From contig JBIQJB010000022.1 of the NCBI GenBank assembly GCA_044507735.1, forward strand, positions 1 to 20,033: 20,033 bases of DNA, read 5' to 3'. Positions 1-8,642 of this stretch are shown piece by piece. Both the position numbers and the translations under genes were made by a program. Below the pieces are notes generated by a model, which ran no database searches, was not told where the DNA came from, and worked only from the letters and a program-made list of their open reading frames with translations. Every line of letters begins with the position of its first letter. Position 1 is the stretch's first letter. The stretch comes from Nitrosopumilales archaeon (lineage in GTDB: Archaea > Thermoproteota > Nitrososphaeria > Nitrososphaerales > Nitrososphaeraceae).

Positions 1-335
1 TTTACAAGCACATAGTGGGGGATGTTTGCTATCGTCGCGGGATAGGACGTCTTGTATTCCCATCCAAGCGCAAGCAGCCTTCTTGCCTCTGCAGCATCTG
101 CCACAGTCGCAATGTCCACAATGCGCTTGCGTCGCAACTCTTGCGTTCCCTTGTGCACGTGTTCTTTGCCGCTTTCATCCACCAGCTTCCACCTGATCTT
201 GCCTGTGGTCGGGTCCTCGCCGATCTTCTCAAAGGCAATCAGCTGGTTTGGAAAGCCTGCTGCCTTGCAGCGATTGCATTCTTGCATCTTTCTTTGCGGT
301 TTGGATGCTTCCGCCTGAACTGATGTTGTTGACAT
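1..335 (-). CDS. Hypothetical protein with putative Zn-binding motif (partial, runs off the left edge)
   Basis: Hand-translated from ATG at 335: MSTTSVQAEASKPQRKMQECNRCKAAGFPNQLIAFEKIGEDPTTGKIRWKLVDESGKEHVHKG...PHYVLV. No stop within the window, so it is absent from the ORF track. Contains CxxC and a later HxH. Confidence 0.8.
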   Translation of the reverse strand, partial: MSTTSVQAEASKPQRKMQECNRCKAAGFPNQLIAFEKIGEDPTTGKIRWKLVDESGKEHVHKGTQELRRKRIVDIATVADAAEARRLLALGWEYKTSYPATIANIPHYVLV

Positions 336-429
336 ATCTGTGTGGATACTGTCGCAAAATTTGCTAATAACGACTGGAGTACGATTGGGGGAGGGAGGGG
401 GCGGAAGGTAGGTAGGGGGCTGTCTTACC

Positions 430-1221
430 TCAGCTGTAAATTCTTTGACCTCTGCCCACCTGTTCCTGCTCTTGCTGCCTTACTGAATTTATCAGCTCTT
501 GCATCTGGCGTTTCAGCTCGGCAGCCTCGCTTCTCAGCTCGTGCACATCTATTTCAAATGGGGCGTTGGCAAGCTCGTTTGCCGTTTCTATCAGTATCGC
601 CGCGCCTTCCGGGTCGGGGATGCCTCTTGATGAGGGCACCAAGATTCCTGTACAGGGGATTCCATTTGACAGACATGCAGCCAAAAGTCCGCCCGAGGTT
701 CCTGCGATGAACGCCGGTACTGGCTCCTTTTGATTCTTGATGTTGCTCAAATAGCTGTGGTCATCTGATCGCCCGTCGCTTGACAGCACGATGGGCTTTC
801 TTCCAGCCTCGGGGATGCCGGGAGAAGCAATCCCCTCAAGGACAATAACTTCTCTAATGTTGTTATCCTTTGCCCACCTGACCACGTCATTGAACAGGGA
901 ATGGACCCCGGACAGCAGCATGGGCGCATCGCAGACGAGCACGCAGGCAGTGCCTTTATCGTTAGCATAGATCCGGAAGGGGTGCCTCAGCCTGCCAGCT
1001 ATGTAGATGACGCCGGGAGTAATGAAATCAGAGTCAACGTAGGCGATCTGGTGCATCTTTTGCTGCTCGATGATGTAGCTTGCGCTCATTGCGCCTACGA
1101 TCCCCGGGCCGGGAAAGCCCGCTATCAATATCGCGTCGTTTAGCTTTATTCCCTGGTTTCTCTCAACGAGCTTGATGACTGTTCTTCCAAAATTATTGTC
1201 GTTGGGGACAGCAGCTGTCAT
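430..1221 (-). CDS. PAC2-family proteasome assembly chaperone-like protein
   Basis: 263 aa with the family motifs GFPGPGIVG, HPFRIY and PDPEGAA, plus a C-terminal coiled coil. Confidence 0.9.
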   Translation of the reverse strand: MTAAVPNDNNFGRTVIKLVERNQGIKLNDAILIAGFPGPGIVGAMSASYIIEQQKMHQIAYVDSDFITPGVIYIAGRLRHPFRIYANDKGTACVLVCDAPMLLSGVHSLFNDVVRWAKDNNIREVIVLEGIASPGIPEAGRKPIVLSSDGRSDDHSYLSNIKNQKEPVPAFIAGTSGGLLAACLSNGIPCTGILVPSSRGIPDPEGAAILIETANELANAPFEIDVHELRSEAAELKRQMQELINSVRQQEQEQVGRGQRIYS

Positions 1222-1403
1222 TTATTCTCCTCCGCCTCCTTCTCTTTCTCTGGGATAGCAGCAACAGTACCATGTGATATTGTTGTTGTTATTTCATTCG
1301 TGTCCTTCTCTCTGAAGTCGCTCACAACAAAAGAGCCCTGCGAGCTTTTGATCTCTGTATGAAAAGTATTCATGTTGCTGCTGACATTGGCATAAGATTG
1401 CAT
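1218..1403 (-). CDS. Small hypothetical protein (about 51-61 aa), probably translationally coupled to the PAC2 gene
   Basis: Its TGA overlaps the PAC2 ATG (ATGA, 1218-1221). In-frame ATGs at 1403 and 1373; start uncertain. Confidence 0.55.
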   Translation of the reverse strand: MQSYANVSSNMNTFHTEIKSSQGSFVVSDFREKDTNEITTTISHGTVAAIPEKEKEAEENK

Positions 1404-1727
1404 TAATGGATTATACAAAAAGGTTCCACACACTTGTTCGATGCATGCGAAGGCACTAACGCAATAGACTGATGGCAATTCCGCCAGGCAGAATTGCAGT
1501 TGGCGGCAAAATCGAAAAGAAGGTGGCCTTTCCAACCTTGCTCAAGTCGTATGCTTGGATGTCTCTGTCTGCGCTCCGTCAACATGCTCGTTTCTCAAGT
1601 GCTCAGCGACCTGCTCTGCAGTCGGAAAAGAGTAGTCACATTTTGGACACGTAAATCCTGTGTCAGACATTATTTGTACCATTGTCTGCACGACATAGAA
1701 TAAAAAAAGAAGTGATCAAGAAACTTG

Positions 1728-2024
1728 CTAGCGGTTGGAGGCTGAGCGCTGCTTGGCGCTGTCCCTCTGCTTGCTGACTGCTCCAAATATCACCAGCACA
1801 AGACCTGCAACAAGGACAAAGAGGAACGCATATTCACCATAAAAGAACGAGTCTCCCACTTCGGGATTGCGGAAGGAATCCTGTGTTGTCAGGATGTTCA
1901 ATGCTCCCGATCCTATTGTAATCATTCCGGCGATTCCTATCGCTATAAGCGCCCCTCCGACAATGATGATAATCTTTCTGTTCTTGGCGCTTGATAGCAG
2001 ACCGATTTTTAGCCCTCCTAGCAT
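1728..2024 (-). CDS. Small membrane protein, 2 TM helices
   Basis: Two hydrophobic segments (IIIIVGGALIAIGIAGMITIG; YAFLFVLVAGLVLVIFGAV). First ATG at 2024. A T-run follows on the minus strand near 1702-1708. Confidence 0.75.
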   Translation of the reverse strand: MLGGLKIGLLSSAKNRKIIIIVGGALIAIGIAGMITIGSGALNILTTQDSFRNPEVGDSFFYGEYAFLFVLVAGLVLVIFGAVSKQRDSAKQRSASNR

Positions 2025-2061
2025 ATGATAAGAGTCTGCTGCACACAAAGAGAGTTAAGCG

Positions 2062-2397
2062 TTATACGGATTCATTGCTGCAGATTTCCGACAGGTCGTC
2101 AACGAGTCTCCCCAGTGCCTTGACTACCTTCCTTTGATCGTCAAGAATTATGTTGATGGATGTTCTCTCACGCGGGCCTTTTGCCCAGTGCAAAATAGAT
2201 TTGATTTTCTCGATACTGCTCTCTGCCTCCTCCAGCTGGCGCGTGCTGGACTCTAGAATGCTGCTCAATACTTCGTCCTTCACTCTTGCAGGGTCCTTCA
2301 ATACATGTCTGACTTGGACAGCAGTTGTTATGAACTTTTTTTTGTTTGCTTTACAACGATTCGGGATGGTCCTGCCGATAGTGCTTTGTAAGGTCAT
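2062..2397 (-). CDS. Hypothetical helical/coiled-coil protein (true start may be near 2299)
   Basis: Amphipathic heptad-like pattern in the C-terminal ~78 aa. Confidence 0.55.
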   Translation of the reverse strand: MTLQSTIGRTIPNRCKANKKKFITTAVQVRHVLKDPARVKDEVLSSILESSTRQLEEAESSIEKIKSILHWAKGPRERTSINIILDDQRKVVKALGRLVDDLSEICSNESV

Positions 2398-2503
2398 CCA
2401 TCACTTCAAACGATGCCCCACATTCGTCGCAGGTATAGTTGTAACCCGCTACTGATGGTTCTGACATGGGGAACTACGCACACAATACGTGATAAGGGTT
2501 TGT

Positions 2504-2626
2504 TCAAGCCGTCGAGGGTGCAGCTGCTGCATGGTCTATCTTGACGTGCTCTTCCAGATCAAGCATGCCGGGGAAATCTCTGTCGCACTTGTGGCAGTGA
2601 TACCTTGGTCTCTCTGGAGTTTCCAT
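2504..2626 (-). CDS. C2H2 zinc-finger microprotein, 40 aa
   Basis: Hand-translated METPERPRYHCHKCDRDFPGMLDLEEHVKIDHAAAAPSTA*. Motif Y-x-C-x2-C-x3-F-x5-L-x2-H-x4-H. TATA-like TATTATA about 35 nt upstream. Confidence 0.85.
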   Translation of the reverse strand: METPERPRYHCHKCDRDFPGMLDLEEHVKIDHAAAAPSTA

Positions 2627-2643
2627 TGTCCCGACCTTTCAAT

Positions 2644-2662
2644 TAGTTTGCATTTCAAACTA
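2644..2662. promoter_or_regulatory. Palindromic putative operator upstream of the C2H2 microprotein gene
   Basis: TAGTTTG-cattt-CAAACTA, perfect 7-bp arms, between the TATA-like element and the ATG at 2626. Confidence 0.5.
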
Positions 2663-3038
2663 TAATATGGTATCATGATCCGGTCATCGCAGACCAACAA
2701 GCAACAACCGATAATAGAGATGATGGGCAAGCAGTCTTGAATGTCGGAGACCAGAGAGCTCAGGAGAAATTTTGAAACAAAGAGTGGAAGCGGTCCAGCG
2801 ACGAATGTGTATTTCAACCCCGAGCGTGGCTATGGGACTAGCGAGCAAAAGGAAAGGATCAAACAGGCAAGCCAATAGTGATCAAGATGCTCTGATACAA
2901 AACTAGTCTCTATTGCACGCTTTGAACATCATTGCAGAACGTGGTTTTGATGCCGTCTGACCAGACAATAACAAAGAATGCCCTATTCTTGTGGCAGTAT
3001 GCCTGTGAGTGAGTTATTGGTATAGGATTGCTTCTTTC

Positions 3039-3179
3039 TCATCTGACGCCTGATGGCCCTTTACTTTCTCTGTGTTCTAATTTCATGTGCTGTTCTCTAT
3101 CTTGCTCGGTTGTAAAGGTGATGCCGCATTGCTCGCACTTGAGTCCGTTGCCACCACCTGATGTTCCAGAAGACGACAT
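3039..3179 (-). CDS. C2H2 zinc-finger microprotein, 46 aa
   Basis: Hand-translated MSSSGTSGGGNGLKCEQCGITFTTEQDREQHMKLEHRESKGPSGVR*. Motif C-x2-C-x3-F-x8-H-x4-H. Confidence 0.85.
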   Translation of the reverse strand: MSSSGTSGGGNGLKCEQCGITFTTEQDREQHMKLEHRESKGPSGVR

Positions 3180-3249
3180 TGATGCTAGAGGTAGCTTTCA
3201 TGGGATAAGTAGGTTTTAGCAGATTTTGCCATCTTGAGTGCTCTTACTT

Positions 3250-3771
3250 TTATTTGATTTTGCTCCTCTTTATCTTCTCCTGCAAGAGCATGACCCCCTG
3301 AATCAATGTCTCTGGCCTTGGAGGGCATCCTGGGATGTACGCGTCTACGGGAACTATGCTGTCAACACCCGGCAGGACGTTGTACGAATCAAAATAGAGG
3401 CCACCTGTTATGGAGCAAGCGCCCATCGCTATCACGTACTTTGGCTCCGGCATCTGATCATATACGAGCCTTAACCTTGGTGCCATCTTTCTGTTTACGG
3501 TGCCAAGCACCAGCAGCAAATCACATTGCCTCAGCGAGCCAAACGCCTCGAGCATGCCAAACCTCTCGACGTCATACCTTGGGCTTGATGCGGCGCCAAG
3601 CTCTACGCTGCAACAACCTGTTTCCAGGTGGACTGGCCAGAGAGAATAAAGCCTGCCCCAGTTGACCGCATAGCCAAGCGGTTTGTCCAAAGCCCTTACC
3701 AGCGCGTCACCCAACTTGCCTACAAACGCATTGAATTCGGCACTGGTCTCAACCATCGGGGGGAATTTCAT
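3250..3771 (-). CDS. nuoB: NADH-quinone oxidoreductase (complex I) subunit B
   Basis: TGCCSVE, YVIAMGACSITGG and IPGCPPRPE motifs; all four N2 [4Fe-4S] cysteines are present. ATG at 3771 chosen (3792 also possible). Confidence 0.95.
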   Translation of the reverse strand: MKFPPMVETSAEFNAFVGKLGDALVRALDKPLGYAVNWGRLYSLWPVHLETGCCSVELGAASSPRYDVERFGMLEAFGSLRQCDLLLVLGTVNRKMAPRLRLVYDQMPEPKYVIAMGACSITGGLYFDSYNVLPGVDSIVPVDAYIPGCPPRPETLIQGVMLLQEKIKRSKIK

Positions 3772-4141
3772 CTGGCTCGCTGATCTTTGCATTCTAAATG
3801 ATAAAAGGCATTGTAAAAATCCGGCAAAATGATCGACAACTGGAATTATCAATTGGACGAAGGTCTGTAACCCCACGAATTTTTGAAAGCCACCTGAATG
3901 TCGCGTGCCTCTGTTGAAGAAATAAAGCGACGTTCGTGGCGCTAGCTGCCATTACACAGGAACCAAGCGGGGTATAGCGGCGGCGGATGCCATCGATAAA
4001 TTGGCGGGCCAAACAACATAGACGCATATGCATCTCAACCGGGTGCTAGGCGACAGTTTACGTGTGTCACGGATGGGAGGATATCGAGCAGCAAGATGAG
4101 GGGGCTATGGAACTTGCGCCGGTTTGCGCACCGTTACGTGA

Positions 4142-5323
4142 TTACCTCTCTATTTCAATTGGCCAGATATTCAGGCTCCAGTATATCACTGGCAGGTCTG
4201 CAAGTTTGGCTCCCTCAAGCAGATGGGGCAGTGCAAGCAGATTCCTCAGAGAAGGCGGACTTATCTTGTGCCTGTATGCCCTTGTGCTCCCGTCGCTTAC
4301 AATATAGTGCCCAAGGGCGCCTCTCCCAGATTCGACCCTGCGATATGCCTCTCCTGGAGGTCCTCTGGGGCTTGGCTGGAGCTTGGTCCGGATGCTGCCT
4401 TGTTTTGGCATCTCGTGCAGACACTGCCTGATTATGCTCAGGCTCTGCTGGATGTCGTACATGGGCAGAATGCTCCTTGCAAATGAGTCGCCGGCCTTTG
4501 CTGTTGGCACTTCAAAGTCAACGTTGCCGTAAATCTCGTAAGGTTCTCTTTTCCTCACGTCATGATTAACACCTGATGCTCTGAGCACTGATCCTGTCAC
4601 ACCGATGTCGATTGCTTCCTGAGTGCTGAGCACACCCACGCCCTCGCTTCTCTGGCGGTAAAGGGGGTTGTTGTAGAATATTTTCTCATACTCTGGCAAC
4701 CTCTTTTTTTCAAAATAATCCATAAACTTGATTGCCTTATCTTCAAATCCATAGGGCAGATCATTTCTGACACCCCCTGGCACAAGCCAGGCATGAGTTA
4801 TCCTGTTGCCTGACGCCATGTCTGCCAGCTCTACAAAGAGCTCTCTGTCGCCTGTCGGCCACATGAACATCGTCGAGTGGCCGGTAAAAATCCCGAGGAT
4901 TGCAAGCCAGTATAGGGTGTAATGGATCCTGTCGATCTCTGCCATTATCGCCCGGAGGTACTTGGCCCTTTCAGGCACTTGAATTCCTAACAGGTCCTCG
5001 ACTGCCAGGCAGTACGAGTACAATATGTTGCTCGAGTCATGTATGACAGGCCGTTCGATGTGGGGGACGTTCTGGACATAAGTCCTGTACTCTGACATCT
5101 TTTCTTCACCGCGATGGACATAGCCGACATCCGGGTCAGCGTGGACTATGATGTCGCCGTCAACAACCACTATTATCCTCATGTGACCTGCACCGGGATG
5201 CTGCGGACCGATGCTCAGAGTCATGTACCTGTCGGTGTCCTGCAGCCTTTCTATTTTCAAACCCGGTGGAATGCTGCTGCTACTACCTCCAATGTCCTGA
5301 AGGTTGTCCGGACTTGCAGCCAT
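4142..5323 (-). CDS. nuoD: NADH-quinone oxidoreductase (complex I) subunit D
   Basis: GPQHP, GYVHRGEEK, VPERAKYLR, PGGV and VESGRG motifs. Lacks the two CxxC motifs of NiFe hydrogenase large subunits. Confidence 0.93.
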   Translation of the reverse strand: MAASPDNLQDIGGSSSSIPPGLKIERLQDTDRYMTLSIGPQHPGAGHMRIIVVVDGDIIVHADPDVGYVHRGEEKMSEYRTYVQNVPHIERPVIHDSSNILYSYCLAVEDLLGIQVPERAKYLRAIMAEIDRIHYTLYWLAILGIFTGHSTMFMWPTGDRELFVELADMASGNRITHAWLVPGGVRNDLPYGFEDKAIKFMDYFEKKRLPEYEKIFYNNPLYRQRSEGVGVLSTQEAIDIGVTGSVLRASGVNHDVRKREPYEIYGNVDFEVPTAKAGDSFARSILPMYDIQQSLSIIRQCLHEMPKQGSIRTKLQPSPRGPPGEAYRRVESGRGALGHYIVSDGSTRAYRHKISPPSLRNLLALPHLLEGAKLADLPVIYWSLNIWPIEIER

Positions 5324-5408
5324 GAAGAACCCTTTGCAACATAGGATAAATTGATTGCAAAGGAACTTTTCTGCAACTCATAATAGATATTTTTGCCGAG
5401 CCTTGTCG

Positions 5409-6449
5409 ATGGCTTCATCATCATCATCAGCAACAGTAGGAGTAAGGTTTGGCATCCAGGCCGCACAGGAGCAGCTCAGCCCGTCTGACCTCTTGAATGA
5501 CGTCATAACGATGGAAAAATACGGCATCGAAAGATGCTGGTCAAGCGACCACTATATGCCTTGGTGGCACACAGGCGCTGCTGGAGGAGCGGCATGGCCA
5601 TGGCTTGGAGCAGCGCTTGCAAGAACGAACATGATATCGATTGGCACAGGCGTTACTGCGCCCATTTTGCGCTACAATCCTGCGATCGTCGCCCAGGTAT
5701 TTGCGACACTTGGACAGATGTTTCCGGGCAGGGTGTTCTTGGGACTTGGGACTGGCGAATCCCTGAACGAGGTGCCTTCAGGCAATGACTGGCCGCCCAC
5801 TCAGGAGAGGCTGGAGCGCCTGGAAGAAGCGATCAAACTGATCAAGCTGCTCTGGACAGAGGAATGGGTGACATTTCGGGGAAAGTACTATCGAGTCAAG
5901 GATTCGAACCTTTACACCAAGCCAGCACAACCGATTCCAATCTATGTAGCGGGCCTTGGCAGAAACGCTGCCATGCTGGCCGGACAAGAGGCAGACGGCT
6001 TTGTCACAAACGAGGCCAATCCCGAGCTCATACAAGACAGACTGCTGCCTGCATTCAGAAAAGGCGCAAGAAAGTCTGGCAGGGATCCAGAATCTCTAGT
6101 TCGAGCGTTATTCTTGCCCGCGTCGTATGACCCTGACAAACAAAGGGCGCTGGAATCTATCGGCTATTGGAGGGGGGCAATGATAAAGGCGTTCTTTGAA
6201 GCAAACTATCCTGATCCGCGCAAGATAGAAGAAAGCGCACAGGTCGTGGGGATGGACACCATGGAAAAGATGACACTTGTCGTATCTAGCGCAGAAGAAG
6301 CAATAAAAAAGCTGGACAAATACGTCCGGCTGGGCTTTACTGACATCGTCTTGATAAATTCTAGCCCTGACAGGGAAAGCTTTGTAAGAATGCTATCAAA
6401 GGAGGTGGCGCCTGCATTTCAGGCTTCAAAGGAAGCGAGCGCTATCTAG
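5409..6449 (+). CDS. LLM-class F420-dependent oxidoreductase (G6PDH/Fgd-like subfamily)
   Basis: SDHYMPW, RYNPAIVAQVFATL and GLGTGESLNE motifs typical of F420-dependent luciferase-like dehydrogenases. First ATG at 5409. Confidence 0.88.
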   Translation: MASSSSSATVGVRFGIQAAQEQLSPSDLLNDVITMEKYGIERCWSSDHYMPWWHTGAAGGAAWPWLGAALARTNMISIGTGVTAPILRYNPAIVAQVFATLGQMFPGRVFLGLGTGESLNEVPSGNDWPPTQERLERLEEAIKLIKLLWTEEWVTFRGKYYRVKDSNLYTKPAQPIPIYVAGLGRNAAMLAGQEADGFVTNEANPELIQDRLLPAFRKGARKSGRDPESLVRALFLPASYDPDKQRALESIGYWRGAMIKAFFEANYPDPRKIEESAQVVGMDTMEKMTLVVSSAEEAIKKLDKYVRLGFTDIVLINSSPDRESFVRMLSKEVAPAFQASKEASAI

Positions 6450-6818
6450 AAGGAAGCCAATCCTTTGCAGCGCTGCGTCGCAGCAACTGCGATTCCTTCC
6501 TGCAAGCACCGCGCCCGTTCTCTCCCTGAAAGTATATCTCAGTCTGCAAGGGCTTGCCGGTTCTGCAAAAGCGGCATCGGCAGATCCTATCTTATTCACA
6601 TCGTGAACATGAACTCGTTTTCATCCACCGCGTGGAAACTAGCGCTGTTCTCACTGCTTGTTACGCCATCGGTACAGATTTGATCTCTTGGAGTGACGCT
6701 GGGCATATGCACCTGCAGTCATCATTATCGTCATTATCACCACGATTTTGTTTTAGCAGACACACACGCGCGCACGCGTGCATATGCCCTTACTTCTTTT
6801 CCTCCAGCAGCAAATGAT

Positions 6819-7334
6819 TCAAGATGAGGAAGAAGAAGGAGAAGACACGCGCCCGCCCTTTACTATCGTTCTGTAAAACAGGTCTGCAATAACCGGCAGC
6901 TCAAGATAGTCTATCAATATCGCTATCCAGGCGGCGTAGTAGGGGATCTCGACTGCGCTTGAGGATCCAAAGAATGTGTCATAAACGACCTCGTCTGTAA
7001 TCCAGAATATGTGGAACACCTGTACAACCAGCATGACAAAGAACAGCGCGCTCCTGGTGGTCTTTTCGCGGTTGTATATGCTCAGCCCGTAATAGGCCAG
7101 GCCCGCAACCAGCGCTGGCACCTCTATGTAATCTATGATTACAAAAAATACAAGCAGCGGGCCGGTAACAGTCAGTCCCATGGCACTGTCGCCAGTTATG
7201 CGCTTTATGACGACGTCTGCAGTTAGCCAGTAAAGGTGCACCAGCTGGAGCGAGATCAGTATAAAGGCTATCCTCAGGTTGAGGTTCTCGTACCTCCTCC
7301 AAAACCCTACAAGCTTCTGTACAGTACCTGACAT
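6819..7334 (-). CDS. Hypothetical membrane protein (about 4 TM, internal duplication)
   Basis: Repeated halves: LQLVHLYW..D / VQVFHIFW..D and IDYIEVP / IDYLELP. Confidence 0.85.
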   Translation of the reverse strand: MSGTVQKLVGFWRRYENLNLRIAFILISLQLVHLYWLTADVVIKRITGDSAMGLTVTGPLLVFFVIIDYIEVPALVAGLAYYGLSIYNREKTTRSALFFVMLVVQVFHIFWITDEVVYDTFFGSSSAVEIPYYAAWIAILIDYLELPVIADLFYRTIVKGGRVSSPSSSSS

Positions 7335-7468
7335 GATAATTCTCTTCTTGCCCCTATATTCATTAACAACGCATGCATGTAAAAAGATCGGTGCTTCTGT
7401 TCTATCTGGAAACAGATGCCAGAATGGATCGCGCTAACCATTATGTGGAATAGACGCCCTAAGCTCTC

Positions 7469-8050
7469 ATGGCATCTAGAAAAGAAGAGAGAAAGGAGGA
7501 AGCAGGTACCGCTACTACTGCCACAGCACAGCGTCAAGCCGACCAACAAGAAGTCGTGAACAGGACATTTGATGAAGCGAAGGATAGCACAAGGAAGGCA
7601 ATGGATGAGGCAAGACGAGACATTTCTGCACGCACCGCTTCGTTTAACGAATACCAGGAACAGACGATCAACGCTGCCAGGGATGTCGCGGAAAACTATC
7701 TGGAATCTCAAAAGGAAGTGATCAATTCAATGCAATCATCCTGGGTACCATTTATCGAGAGGATGTATAGTATGTACTGGTCTGGATGGACATCGCCAAG
7801 AAGGATGACTGAAATCTATGCAAGGATGGCAAGGAACTATTCAGATAACGCTATTGCGTCAGTTCGGATAGCAAACAACATGATGTTTGCAAACATGGAA
7901 GCGTCCAAGGCATTGGTACAGTATGCAAGGGACAACATGAAGGAGCTCAACCGGATTGGGGTCAACTCCGTCAGGACTCTTGAAGACGCGTCACGGACTT
8001 ATCAGGAAACGGCGAGGGTAGGAGCAGAAGAAGAGAGGCGCCGCTCCTAG
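7469..8050 (+). CDS. Hypothetical all-helical protein, phasin-like composition
   Basis: 193 aa, Ala/Glu/Arg/Met-rich amphipathic helices, no TM segment. CDS call is secure; function is speculative. Confidence 0.8.
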   Translation: MASRKEERKEEAGTATTATAQRQADQQEVVNRTFDEAKDSTRKAMDEARRDISARTASFNEYQEQTINAARDVAENYLESQKEVINSMQSSWVPFIERMYSMYWSGWTSPRRMTEIYARMARNYSDNAIASVRIANNMMFANMEASKALVQYARDNMKELNRIGVNSVRTLEDASRTYQETARVGAEEERRRS

Positions 8051-8529
8051 GCGGAATACGCCTCAGTCGGGGCCATCGTGGCCGATCCTGTGACAAACTC
8101 GATGTCCGGATCTTCGCTCAGTAGCCTGTCCAGGTCATCAATGTACATGTGTATGACCTTGACCCGAATCATCCTGTCGCTTTCGATGGAACCCATTCGC
8201 TCAAACTTTTGGTAAATCCACTCCTTTTTCTTCTCCATATCGGTGCCTGATGGATAAACGATCTTTAGCATCACACTGCCCTCCCAGTCACTGTAAGATG
8301 TTTGATACTGCAGTATAGTCAGGAGCAGCTTCTGGTCAACCTTTGGAAACAGCATGGACGCGTTGCGCAGAAATGTTGTGTAATCCTGTCTGATGGCTGA
8401 AGCATTGGCGGTTGATCCTTTTTCCATGACCGATGACTGGAAACCATTTCTATTAAGAATTGCATAGAGCAGCAGAGACAGGCTGTGTTCAAGATCCGAA
8501 TCAACCACGTAGACTTCCGCTCTTTGCAA
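8047..8529 (-). CDS. Hypothetical protein
   Basis: 160-aa ORF with TTG start and globular-protein composition. Convergent 4-nt overlap with the previous gene. Confidence 0.7.
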   Translation of the reverse strand: MQRAEVYVVDSDLEHSLSLLLYAILNRNGFQSSVMEKGSTANASAIRQDYTTFLRNASMLFPKVDQKLLLTILQYQTSYSDWEGSVMLKIVYPSGTDMEKKKEWIYQKFERMGSIESDRMIRVKVIHMYIDDLDRLLSEDPDIEFVTGSATMAPTEAYSA

Positions 8530-8642
8530 ATCCGGATGATACTAGATAAATCCACTAACAAGAAGTGAAAAGACCCGTTTAGGACTAAGTGCCTTGGTTC
8601 TGCATGCCAAGGTGGGCATGGCGCAGTATTGGCATGATCCCG

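Noticed and set aside
1475-1506. Interleaved 6-7 bp inverted repeats (GCAATTC/GAATTGC, CCGCCA/TGGCGG)
   Set aside because: Short stems with a zero-length linker; plausible by chance, and no HDV-ribozyme P3/L3 core.
2741-2878. 45-aa plus-strand ORF MSETRELRRNF...
   Set aside because: No motif or clear promoter/RBS; may be real but is unsupported.
3772-4141. Possible nuoC remnant between nuoD and nuoB
   Set aside because: No NuoC-like motif (e.g. ERE..D.FG) recognised in the provided ORFs or by eye.
3250-5323. Group 4 NiFe hydrogenase small and large subunits
   Set aside because: The large subunit lacks both Ni-binding CxxC motifs; its sequence fits NuoD.
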